Below are positions 53,437-63,867 of a stretch of DNA of 64,000 bases, piece by piece (the stretch's first letter is position 1; every line of letters starts with the position of its first letter). The position numbers and the translations under genes were made by a program. The notes below the pieces were generated by a model, which saw only the letters and a program-made list of their open reading frames with translations, was not told where the DNA came from and ran no database searches. The DNA comes from a virus (lineage: Duplodnaviria; Caudoviricetes), in the IMG/VR virus record IMGVR_UViG_3300021254_000027, positions 32,001 to 96,000 of that record; one strand, given 5' to 3'.

Positions 53437-54502
53437 GAGATACCGACTGCTGATCGCCGGTATATACTCCAAACTGACCTTCAAGGTCCTTATTTACATA
53501 GATACAAATGTCAGGAGTCATAACTACACCGACACCGACCTTCTTGTATACCTGGATCTCACGAGAACGGTCCTTGTTAACATATTCATCAACAATAGTA
53601 GAACCTTCCATGACAATCTTAACAGGCTTTACATTTCCAGGAAGAATGTAACAATAGCCAGGATCAATAACCTTAGTAGTATGAGTTGCATCAGTGAATC
53701 CCTGAGGGAGAATGTTAATAATATGGTTACGATAAGATGCGAAACGTCCATTGTTCCACAAAGTATCCTTCATATTATCAGACCAACGTACATAAGTACC
53801 ATTATCAGTTTCAGGAAGAATAGTTGCGGCAAACTCTTCAGTGCAATAGATGGTAGGAGTACCATAAGCAGAAGAGATAGCGAGCAAGCGATCAAAAGCC
53901 TGCTGATCAAAACCATTTACCTTAACAGTATTAAGAGCAGGGAGCTGAGTCAAACCTTCCTTAAGAGCAGCACCGACTTCCCACTGAATGAGCTCTTCGA
54001 TACCCTCCATAACAATCTGAGTAACCTCAGCAAAATCAGCACGTCCATCCAAGAACTCTTCAAGACCAATCTGCGCGGCTCCGCCGATAGCACTGGTCTG
54101 AACTTCGATTGGAGTATCCTTACCAAGCTTAAATACTTCGTAGATACCAGCCAAACCAACCTTGGTAATGAACTGCTTTGCACGCTGACGATCATGCTTA
54201 CGCCAGAACATAGTAGAATTGCCCTGAGCGATGGTCTTTACTTCAGCAAACTTCATATATTCTTCTTCAACCTTCTTAGGAAGAATATCGTCCATAGTCT
54301 CCTCAATGATGGAGAAGATAGTATTCTTATTCTCACGATAAAGTGCGAATGTACCAGCGAGCTCGTTCAATTCCTTACGAAGAGTCTCATTAAGAGCATC
54401 ATAAGACAAATTCTCGCCATTGAATGAGTAAGCAACAGGAGCAGAGCGATCAGCCTTAGCAGTTGCTTTCATTAACTTAACAAGTTCATTTCTTTCCAAC
54501 AT
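53417..54502 (-). CDS. Major capsid protein (356 aa to TAG 53432; 361 aa if TAG is read as Gln, to TGA 53417)
   Basis: Follows the protease/scaffold and accessory head genes; strong AAGGAG RBS, high-expression codon bias, no internal TAG; size fits an HK97-fold capsid. Confidence 0.8.
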
Positions 54503-54523
54503 AGCTTTTCTCTCCTTTCCTTA

Positions 54524-55363
54524 TTACTTTACACGCATTACCTTAACGGCCGGCTGCATGTCACCTAAATTATAAATCTTAACAACCTGCCACTGGAATG
54601 GGGAATTGGTAGCGCCAGTTGCACTCAAATAACCATGAGCATTAGGAGCAAGAACAGAACCTAAAGTCACAGTAGCATCAGCAATAGTATTAGTAGTGAA
54701 AATATCGCCTTCGTGAGTCTTAAATACACGAGGAACCATCAAACCAGCCCTATTGTTAGCATTAAAACCATCAGCACCAGGAGCCTTACCAGTACGGTCA
54801 GGCTGTGCATACTCAGCCATCTGAGGAACATTCAAGCGCTCTACCTCATAGCTATTACCAATAGCATAATGATTACGACCATAATCAGGAGCTACACCAG
54901 CTGCATTATCATGAGCATCTGGATAAATCTCAACCTGAGCCTGAATCTTCTTCATCATATCCCAATCAGCAGAAGTCTGATAACCATTAATACGAACGCC
55001 ATTAGGACCAAAAGCCTGACCAACGCCCATACCAGTAGCCTGAGCACCAACACCAACTGGAGAATAAACACGACCATTATAGTCACGACGAATCATTGCG
55101 AAGTCCTGATCGGTTTCGTGATCACGATAAACCTTAACTTCATTGAAAACAAGCATCCATTCACCGATGCCAGAGAAATTAACTACGCCATTAGCATAGT
55201 CGTACTTTACGAACTGACCATTCTCAAGAATATCAATATCTGCGGCAACAGGCAACTGAGCGTAAATTTCGCCAGTACGCTGAGCACTGAGATGGTTTGG
55301 CTCGACCTGACCGAAGCCATAGGTTACGAATTTAGCTTCGGGAGATAAACGTGTAAAAGCCAT
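54524..55363 (-). CDS. Capsid accessory/decoration-like protein (279 aa)
   Basis: Intact TAG-free ORF between scaffold and capsid; GQVEPNHLSAQRTGEIYAQLP..LENGQFVKYD; high-expression codon style. Confidence 0.65.
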   Translation of the reverse strand: MAFTRLSPEAKFVTYGFGQVEPNHLSAQRTGEIYAQLPVAADIDILENGQFVKYDYANGVVNFSGIGEWMLVFNEVKVYRDHETDQDFAMIRRDYNGRVYSPVGVGAQATGMGVGQAFGPNGVRINGYQTSADWDMMKKIQAQVEIYPDAHDNAAGVAPDYGRNHYAIGNSYEVERLNVPQMAEYAQPDRTGKAPGADGFNANNRAGLMVPRVFKTHEGDIFTTNTIADATVTLGSVLAPNAHGYLSATGATNSPFQWQVVKIYNLGDMQPAVKVMRVK

Positions 55364-55386
55364 ACGTAATTTCCTCCTTTTTTTAA

Positions 55387-56715
55387 TTAGTTCATTTCTT
55401 TGGCGGTCTCACGTACAGCCTTAATCCAGGCAGGAGCCGTGTCGCCATCATCATTGTCGCCCAACTGATATACAAGTGGGTCAGCAGGAGTTTTTTCCTC
55501 TTGCTTGTTATCGTCATCAAGGTTAAATGAGACCTTGTTACGAACACAAATAATAGAAAGCTTTGCTTCAATATCATCAAGTGAATACTTGTCAATATTT
55601 TCAATGCAATCCTTCTTATCTTCATCAGAAAGCATATAGAAGCTATTGATCATATCTTCCTTAGCCTTCTTATCAGAGTCAGCCTTGAACTGACGCAATG
55701 GAGCCACCTCAGCTTCAAGATTTTCGACCTTAGTCTGCAAATCCTTAAACTGTGCGAAAAGAGTCTTATAAAGATCAGAGCTAGCAACTTCTTCATCAGT
55801 TAAAGTGTGCTTTGCAGGAGCCTTCTTCTTCTTTTCGTCTTCGTCCTCTTCATCCTTATCTTCAGAACCGGAATCAGAGTCCTCGCTCTTATCATCATCC
55901 TTCTTAGGTGGGAACGGATTATTTCCACCCTTCTTGTCGTCCTTCTGTTCCTCTTCCTCTTCGTCCTTCTTCTTAAACTCGAGTTCAGGATCAGTTGGCT
56001 CCAAAGCAGGATCGATGACCTTCTTATCATCATTCATGGGATCTAATCCTCCTTTACTTAAAGCAGTTTTAATGTCGTTCATTAATGAGAACAACTAGTT
56101 CTTGAAGTCTCCATCAAAGGAGAATTGTGCTGCTATGCCGGCACCCTCGAAGCAAGGCTCGACATTTTCTCCAAGAATACATAATTTTTGTATCATTGCT
56201 TCATTGATTATAAAAAACTTTGGAAGACCTTTATCATCAAATGTCCAAGCGCCGTCCAAATTCTTTTCATCTAATTCCATAGATTGATTTTTTGGACGTT
56301 CAATAATTTGTTGCGCTTCTTCATAAATACTGGTCCAAAGATAGCCCTCAGTCATTAAATACTCATGCTCAATGCCATCATCCATAAATTTTTGGAACCA
56401 AATCTTAGCTGTTGAATCAACATAGCCATAAGCTTTTGTTTTATCAATAACTTTAAATTTACCATTACCAATTTCAATGCTGCGCTGATGACCTTCAAAG
56501 TCACCTTCGGCTTCGTTATAAAAGCCTACAATAGGGCAACCGGGCAAGCTTGCCGCCATTTTAATCGCAGTTTCCTTAGTAATTATAGAACCGTTACGAT
56601 TTGGTTCGTCACCCACATAACAAACTTTAATCTCGCACTTAGATACAAGTTTATTGAGAGGAGTGACGTTAAGCAATTCAACAGTATTTTCGAGTGGAAT
56701 ACTTATATGAGCCAC
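55387..56715 (-). CDS. Prohead protease-scaffold fusion (442 aa) with nested scaffold start at 56037
   Basis: ORFs 56095..56715 and 55387..56094 are the same frame separated by one TAG. N-terminal NRNGS..GCPIVG..QSMEL..LCILG..VEPCFEGA protease-like domain; acidic/coiled-coil C-terminus; internal AAAGGAGG + ATG at 56037. Confidence 0.75.
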
Positions 56716-56720
56716 TCAAA

Positions 56721-58343
56721 TCACTCCTTTCCAGCAGATTCTCTATTAGCGATAGTTTTATCTGACTTTTGGCTGTCAGCCTTCTCAGGTCTGCCGCCTT
56801 TTTTTTCATCGCCAGCCGCGGCTTGTTTTATTGCACCAGCTGCTTGTTTATTTCCAACCTATTGATTTCCACCGCCACGATTACCAAGTACATCTTGACT
56901 ACTCATAGTAGAAGACATAAGAGGCGGGATCATGATTTCAGACAACTTCAATACCTCATTCTCAAAATGCGCCATTGCAATAATAGAAGATTGAGAATGC
57001 CCAAGAGCAATTTGTGGTAACATCTTGGAATAACCAAGTTGTGTATGCTCTTTATACATTTTAGACATTTCCTTATAATTATTTATAGTAGTTTCAAGCA
57101 TATTAAAATGTAAACAATACTTTTTATTACCAGGAAATTTATTGCGCAAGACACGACTATAAAGTTCATCAAAACTTAAAATTAAATCACGAATACTTGC
57201 TTCATCAACAAGAGCCGCTTTTTCAAGAGCTAAGTTACTATCTGCATTAAATAAACTATGTGAAACACCAGCTTCATTGTAAACAGTACGCTCAACTTTT
57301 TCAAGTTCATCTGTTGTAGTCGTTGTACGAGTATCGGCTAAGTCTGCAACATCTACTTCCGCAAATGTTGTCATAACATCAACGCCAACAGCTCGCCGCA
57401 ACATCTAAACTGTATTATTGTGAATATCTTTTGCTTCATCGACGTCGAAGATTAAATCACCATTTTTATCAAGTGGCAATTTTTGAATAATAATTTTTAA
57501 TAACTATTGCATCATCTTACGACGGTCTAAATCTTGTGCTTCATCCAAATCAAGGATTTTAATACAAGTGTTAATCAATAGTGGAACATCACTACCGTTA
57601 AGATTAATCTTAAATGCATGGTCAGGATCAAGTACCCACCAAGTCCCATCATGTTCCTTGGTATTAAGTTTACCTTTCTTATATGCTATATAAGCTTCCG
57701 CAAACTCTTTTGGATACATTTTTAAAACACGCATTCGCATTTCTACATCTGCGAATTTATCATCAAAAAACTTCGGATTAAATTCAACTGCTGGAACAGT
57801 ACCAACTTTAAACCGAGTGCGGCAATAAGCAATGGGTAATTCCTAAAAAGTGAATCCTCGCTTAGTTTCAACAACATAGCCATAATAGCAACCATTAACA
57901 ATTACTTTTAAAGCTATTTCACCGCATTGTTTCTTGACATAACTTTCATCCATATAATCTAAGGCTTTTGAAAAATCAGCTAGAACTTTTTCATCTTTGA
58001 CTTTTTCATCAATGATGTAAGGAGTAATATACCAGTCATAACGATAAAGAGTAGCAAAATATTTGCACAAACGTTCATACAAACCACTTACTTCAAAAAA
58101 GTAATTTGATATTGCACGCATTGCTTCATAATCTTTACGTGCCATTGCTCTAAGAATGACTGCCTTATTTCCATAACTGCGGTTTTCTTTCTTCAAGCTA
58201 CCTAGATCAAGGATCGCATCATCTAATGTCTATAGATTAACCTTAATCTTTCCGTAATCTACTACACTACCATATGGGTCATGGACTTCTGGACGACCAA
58301 TGATTGAAAAACCTTTGGCATGAATTGCCTCTTGATTTACCAA
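56721..58343 (-). CDS. Portal protein (540 aa)
   Basis: TTG 58343 after GGGGTG; fragments 58196, 57740 and 57404 in frame; ends GGRPEKADSQKSDKTIANRESAGKE-TGA; position between terminase and protease. Confidence 0.75.
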
Positions 58344-58355
58344 TTCAATCACCCC

Positions 58356-58712
58356 TTAATATCCAGCTTTTTCCATAATATAGTCATAAGAAATTAAATT
58401 TTCTTCTGTGTAAGGAATTTCAATTAACTTATAACCATTAAGCGCGCAGAAGCGACGCTTTTTATTGTCGTTAAATTGCTATTGATAGAAACCTTTCTTC
58501 CCGCCAAATTTAGCGGAAGGCTCATAATGCTATTTACCCTAATATTCGATTAGAAAATCTATATTACCATCATCATCAAATACACAAAAGTCAAACTTTA
58601 GCGGGCGACCATTCGGACTATTTAATCCTTCGAACGATTGCTCCATTGTAAATCGCATTTCGTTATCGCGCAAGATTTCTTCAATTTTAATTTCTCCTCT
58701 TGAAGCACGCAT
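58356..58712 (-). CDS. Vsr/DUF559-like PD-(D/E)XK endonuclease (118 aa), missed by the ORF track
   Basis: MRASRGEIKIEEIL..LKFDF..LIEY*GK*HY..NDNKKRRFCALNGYKLIEIPY; matches the family pattern IEYQG-x-QHY with both Gln encoded by TAG. Confidence 0.8.
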
Positions 58713-58721
58713 TTTGTCACC

Positions 58722-60452
58722 TCAGTTCATAAATAACATTTCACTAAATCTCTTTTTACGCTTTTTCCGTTTACGATCTTCTTCTTGCTTAATATAATAT
58801 AATCCATATTCAAACGCAGAAAATTTATCTTTTTTAATACTTTTATTTGCTTGCTTCAATATAATGTTGACACCTTCATTTTCTTCACGAAGATTCATCA
58901 TTTCCTCTTTTAATATGGAAGTTAAGGTAAATGGTTTAAGATATTCCGCCCGTTCTTCAGGTTTCATTTCTTGACCACGTTTTGTACCAAGTAATTTAAT
59001 CTTAGCTACACGTTCATCAATAAGCATTTTTACATGCCCAGAAGACATTTGAGATTGTGCATTCGCATGAGCTTCAGTATTAATTGGCGCATTTGCCTTT
59101 ATTATCCAAAGCGCATTTTCTTCACAATTCTCACTACGGTATTTCTTATATTCACCATCTTCATCATTTTCCACACCAAAATCAGGAAGTAGCTCATTCG
59201 TATCTGGATCTGTTTGTCCTTTAACCATATAGTCAACAAGACCAATACCAAGACCATTACCATCAATTACAATCTTTTTTGCTTTATACTTATAATAAAG
59301 TTTCTTTAATTTAATAGCTTGATCTTCAAAATGAGTATCACTCATAGTATCAATATTAACTAATGAAATAAAGGCTAATCCATTTATTTGAGGTGTTACT
59401 TTAAAAATACAACTGACAGTATCACAGCCTTTACGACCAACGTCTGTCGCGATTACATAATAAGCATTCTTTGTACTTCTACCAGAATACTCATATTCAG
59501 GTTGTTTTAATATTCTATTGTGATCAAATTGTTCCCCATTAAAGAAAGCATCTTCAATAGTACCGGACCATCTACTTTCATATTCTCGATCAAAAGAAGC
59601 TTCATTAAACGTACCATCCATTTTAAGATCTCGAATAAATGTTTTATCCAAAAGTCCCATCAAAACAGGAATACGCCAAGTACCGCCTAATACGCATGCG
59701 CGATCCGGTTTTACAATTTCCCAAACTAAAATCTATATAAGTTTATCATAAGCAAATGTATTTTTCCAGCCAGCTGTTGTGACATAGATTTGAGATTTAT
59801 TCAAAACCTCATTATCGTCTTTATCACCCCAAGGTCCACGTCTGGAAACGTTCATTGTTGGAATAATAACTTCATTAAGTATTGTTCCGTCAACTCCTAC
59901 GCATTCTTCTACCAAGCCGCCGTGACGACGTTGACCTCTCGAAGTTTCGCGCGCAGCGATGTTATCCAAGACCGAACCATTTTTAAACATGTATCGAACA
60001 TAATCTTTACCCTCCATAGTTTTGCCACGACTCCAATCGATCTCTTCACGCAGAGGGGGAATCAAATGACATAATTCCTACACTTTAGCTTTAAGAATAC
60101 TTGAAGCCTATTCTTTACCACCAGAAGTAACAAACAACTTAGCCCCAGGATAAAGTATGCATCGAATCATTAAAATTAATGCCGCTAGGAATGATTTAGA
60201 ATAAGCACGAGGAAAAACCGCATACGTATATTTATAACGCATTGCGGCTCTTAAAAATACTCTCTAATAAAAGAATAAATGGAAATTCTCTGGATTATTT
60301 TTCTAAATTAAAAAATCTACAAATAAATCTGGATATTCTCGCCAAAATGCAACATACTAACGCGCTACAGGCATCGCTGCCCGCACACGCTCTTCAGACA
60401 AACCTATTTTATCAACATTACTTTTTAAGTTAAGTAAATCTTGTAGTGCCAT
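58722..60452 (-). CDS. terL: Terminase large subunit (576 aa)
   Basis: FY*RVFLR Q-motif, PRAYSKSF Walker A variant, GKE*A, RGQRRHGGLVEEC Walker B, YVTTAG coupling motif, DVGRKG and KDKFSA nuclease motifs. Confidence 0.9.
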
Positions 60453-61627
60453 TATTCTTCATCCTCTCCTAAGAGTTCTCGAATAGTGGCGGCATCTTCA
60501 TCAGCTTCTTGTTCTACTTGATTATAGTGTTCCAAAAAATCACCATCAGAAAGCACTTCAGATTCAAGCTCTTCCATATCTAAGCCAAGAGAATCAGTAG
60601 TATCTTCATCTTCTTCTTTACTCTCTTCTCGTGCCATGGTACGTACTGCATTTTCAATCAAGTTACCAAGATTCATTTCTTCAGTAACGAGACGATATGT
60701 ATAATTGCGCAAATCGGCAAGAGTCTCATCAGGCTTATCTTTTGGCTCACTTACATAGTAACGAGGAATAAAGCCTTCACGCTCACAGAGAAGAATAAAT
60801 TCATCAATAGCAGAAACATATTCACCAGATTCTGCTTTATTCTAAGCTGCGGTGAATTTCGCAGATTTCATCAAAGTATCATAAACTTTAGAAATCTTTT
60901 GAAAGCCTTCAATATCTCCAAGGTCAATAAGCTAATGTGCCTTAAGTGAAGTCTTACAGATTAATTTCAGATAATCCTCATGCGCGGGAGTTACAATATC
61001 AAAAGCCGCCATCATCTCTTGATATAGCTTTTCTAATTGAACCCATTCATAAGGACGATACGCCTTACCCCATTTGATAGTAAGGTATTTCTTATCTTCA
61101 TCAGTAAGATCATCATCAAAAAACTCTGGTTCATTTAAATCAATGGGTGCCGTAGTCTCTTCAGTTTCTACAGGCTCTAGCGCAGGACGATCGGGCATAC
61201 TACCTTCCGCAATCGCTTTTTCAATCTCTTCACCAGTGTATCCCTATCTCGCCATTGTTTCAGCTTTATGCGCATCCGCTTCAGCTTTAAGCCGTTCAGT
61301 ATCATCCCAACCATAATCACGATACTGCTTTAACTTCATTTTAGACAAATAGCGGCCCAAGATTGTCATACCAGTAAGTTTTTTCTTATTTTGTCCATAT
61401 CTATTGAGAAGAGTGGTCCATTCATCTTCAATATATGGAACATCAATTTCTTCAAGAATCCAAGTATAAGTTTTCGGATCCCAGTTATCAACATGTCGAG
61501 TTAAACACTTTTTACATTCGGGCATCTTACCATCAGGAGGATACCTATCTATTCGTTTAGAAGTATAAAACTCATCTGCGTCCATTGTTCGTTTACAAGT
61601 TTTGCAATAACAAGTTGTATCAGCCAT
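60452..61627 (-). CDS. Zn-finger protein upstream of terL, possible small terminase (391 aa)
   Basis: Fragments 61627, 61198 and 60712 in frame across TAGs; CKTC..CKKC N-terminus, acidic tail; TAATG overlap with terL start. Confidence 0.65.
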
Positions 61628-62706
61628 TATTTAGCCTCCTTCTTACGACCTTTGGCATTGCGGCATTTCTTACATATGCTATAGAAGCCATCTTTTGATG
61701 TCTTGTTGACTGAGAAGAACCTAGTATGAGCTAACTTAATTTCTCCGCAGCGCGAACATCTCTTCCATTTTCCCTTCTCTTGATATGTAAAGTACCACAT
61801 TAGAAACTCGTCTTGCGCCTTTTGCGCAATGAGTTTCGGAATCTTATTTCGCCAAAGACTACTAATATATTCTATAGAGTGTGTAAAAGCGAACTCCTTC
61901 TACAATAAAGCCTAAATTTCTGTATTAGGAATTCTTTCCATTTTGTACTCTACGATGCGTTTATACATAGGGTATTCGGCAAGTGCCCTATCCATTAATG
62001 CCCCAAAATCTAAACAACAATACCAAGAATCACCAAGAAAATTTCCTTGGCTACGATTTTTCATAGCTAGATATACTTGCATTAATTCACTACATACTTT
62101 TGCATCACAAAAGGATAGTCCAGAATACTTAATCGTTGCGTTGCCTTGATTATCATATTCAATCCACTCATCCCACAAGAGCGGCATTGAATAAGGACCA
62201 CTTCTTGTTAATCTTGTAAAAATAATAGGACGACGATAAGAATTCTTAATAACATATTGATCTTTGCGCATTTCGATTAGAGTGCGTTTAATTATAAACG
62301 CTTCTCGTCCGGAGGCTTGTTTTAACAGTTCTTCCCAGCGTTCTATGCTTTCGCGCAACTGTCTTAATGGCGGAATTTCTTCAATATCTTTTTTAGTAAT
62401 AGTAACTTTAGGTTGAAATATAATGTTTTTACCGTTTTCCGCAATTAAATTATAAATACCATCTTCGCCATTTTCTAGCTAGCCTACCAGACCCTCGTAA
62501 GAAGTTTCTCGCTTATTAATCGTAGCCATACGATTATCAGTAAGAATCTTTCTCTCCTTTTTCTCTTGCTTCTCCATACAAAGCACTAGATAGTCACCGA
62601 GAATTTCAAGATACTACTCGCTTGGGTCGGGAGTTTCTTCTAAAATTAAATTTACTAACTTTAAGCGCTCTTCGGGAGAATCGATTGTATAATCTAATTT
62701 AATTAT
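61627..62706 (-). CDS. Putative DNA-binding regulator (359 aa) with sigma region-4-like HTH and C-terminal Zn finger; non-canonical ATA start
   Basis: AGGAGG RBS then ATA ATT AAA TTA GAT; four in-frame TAGs; RIVEYKMERIPNTEI*ALL*KEF..ISSLWRNKIP HTH-like segment; CSRC..CKKC. Confidence 0.6.
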
Positions 62707-62757
62707 ACTAATCTCCTCCTTTAAGTTGACGTTTGGGCTCGTCTTTACTACACTCTC

Positions 62758-62786
62758 ATTATACTAAAAAAAATTGGGTGAGTCAA
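62758..62786 (-). promoter_or_regulatory. Sigma-A-type promoter driving the leftward operon
   Basis: TTGACT (62786-62781), 17 nt, TATAAT (62763-62758). Confidence 0.75.
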
Positions 62787-62805
62787 GTTAAGATTTACAC
62801 CCAAT

Positions 62806-62834
62806 TTGAAAAAAAGCAAAAAATATATTATAAT
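62806..62834 (+). promoter_or_regulatory. Sigma-A-type promoter driving the rightward genes
   Basis: TTGAAA (62806-62811), 17 nt, TATAAT (62829-62834). Confidence 0.7.
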
Positions 62835-62855
62835 ATTTATAGAAGGTGAAGAGAA

Positions 62856-63455
62856 ATGAAACTATGGACACTAAAAAGGGGCCCCATTGGAGAAATTCCC
62901 GAAAATGCTGAATGGTATGACAAAGCAGTTGCAGCGTTGAAAAAGGAGATGGCTAAACGCATGAAAATTTATATCGCGGCACCAGTAGTCGGCAATAGCG
63001 CAGATGTGCAGAATCAAATTTATAATGTTGCTAATTTGTTGACTTCTTGGGAAGACGAAGAGCATTATAAGCATAATCGAGGATATGATATTTATTTGCC
63101 AAGCCAGCTTAAAGTGCCCAATGCTTGGGGCATGACTATGAATGAGTGGGGCCGATGTGTTTTCACTCTTGATGTCGTGGAATTAGATCGCGCCGATTGG
63201 GTGGTCGTTTGCGATTTCGGGCGCCAGAACACAGCTGGAACTAGCTGGGAGGCAGGATATGCATTTGGCAAGGGGAAGAAGATTCTCCTTATAAAAATGC
63301 CCGAGGTACAAGAGCAAAGTTTAATGGTCGCATGTTGCGCGGCAAATAGTATAGATTACGCGGACTTAATGAAATTAAAGGAGATGAAAGATATTGGCTA
63401 CTTGTTTACAGAGCGAGGCCGCAACCAAAAAGAAGGCGGAACAGTCCTTAATTAA
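62856..63455 (+). CDS. Nucleoside 2-deoxyribosyltransferase / nucleotide N-glycosidase family protein
   Basis: KIYIAAP..IYLP..DVVELDRADWVV..AGTSWEAGYAFGKGKKI is the NDT/Rcl/MilB family signature, including the catalytic Glu. Confidence 0.85.
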   Translation: MKLWTLKRGPIGEIPENAEWYDKAVAALKKEMAKRMKIYIAAPVVGNSADVQNQIYNVANLLTSWEDEEHYKHNRGYDIYLPSQLKVPNAWGMTMNEWGRCVFTLDVVELDRADWVVVCDFGRQNTAGTSWEAGYAFGKGKKILLIKMPEVQEQSLMVACCAANSIDYADLMKLKEMKDIGYLFTERGRNQKEGGTVLN

Positions 63456-63657
63456 GTGTAAGTATTGCGGCGATGGTGAGCCAAGTGTGTTAACATCTTC
63501 TGAATATAGCGGGGTTGAGTTGATGTTTTTCCCCAAATTGGGGTATTTGCGCGCGAGGGTTTATTTAAATAGTGATGAAATTTTTGATACGCAAGATGTT
63601 GCGCTGATTAAATATTGTCCTTTTTGCGGAAGAGAATTGGAGGTAGCACATGAGTAA
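63394..63657 (+). CDS. Small Zn-ribbon hypothetical protein (start uncertain)
   Basis: CKYC..IKYCPFCGREL pattern common in phage early genes; stop overlaps the next ATG. Confidence 0.6.
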   Translation: MATCLQSEAATKKKAEQSLIKCKYCGDGEPSVLTSSEYSGVELMFFPKLGYLRARVYLNSDEIFDTQDVALIKYCPFCGRELEVAHE

Positions 63658-63865
63658 GTTGGAAGGTTGGTTTACACTTGCGGCGATAGTAATTTTTGTT
63701 GGTTTATTATTGATTTTGCCGATTCCCCTGTTGCTTGCGTGGAAGGGTATTGCTGTGGCAATGTTTGGTTTGCCCATGCTTGGATATTGGCCGGCGTTTT
63801 GGGCTAATCTTACTATAGCTATTTGGTTTGGCGGTATTGGATACCATTCGCGTGGTAAGGAGTAA
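63650..63865 (+). CDS. Small membrane protein (71 aa)
   Basis: GGAGG RBS; two hydrophobic segments. Confidence 0.65.
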   Translation: MSKLEGWFTLAAIVIFVGLLLILPIPLLLAWKGIAVAMFGLPMLGYWPAFWANLTIAIWFGGIGYHSRGKE

Positions 63866-63867
63866 TT

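Noticed and set aside
1245-62706. Degraded prophage or mass pseudogenisation
   Set aside because: The interruptions examined are TAG only with no frame changes, gene junctions are intact, and TAG sits at conserved Gln positions; decay would also produce TAA/TGA and indels.
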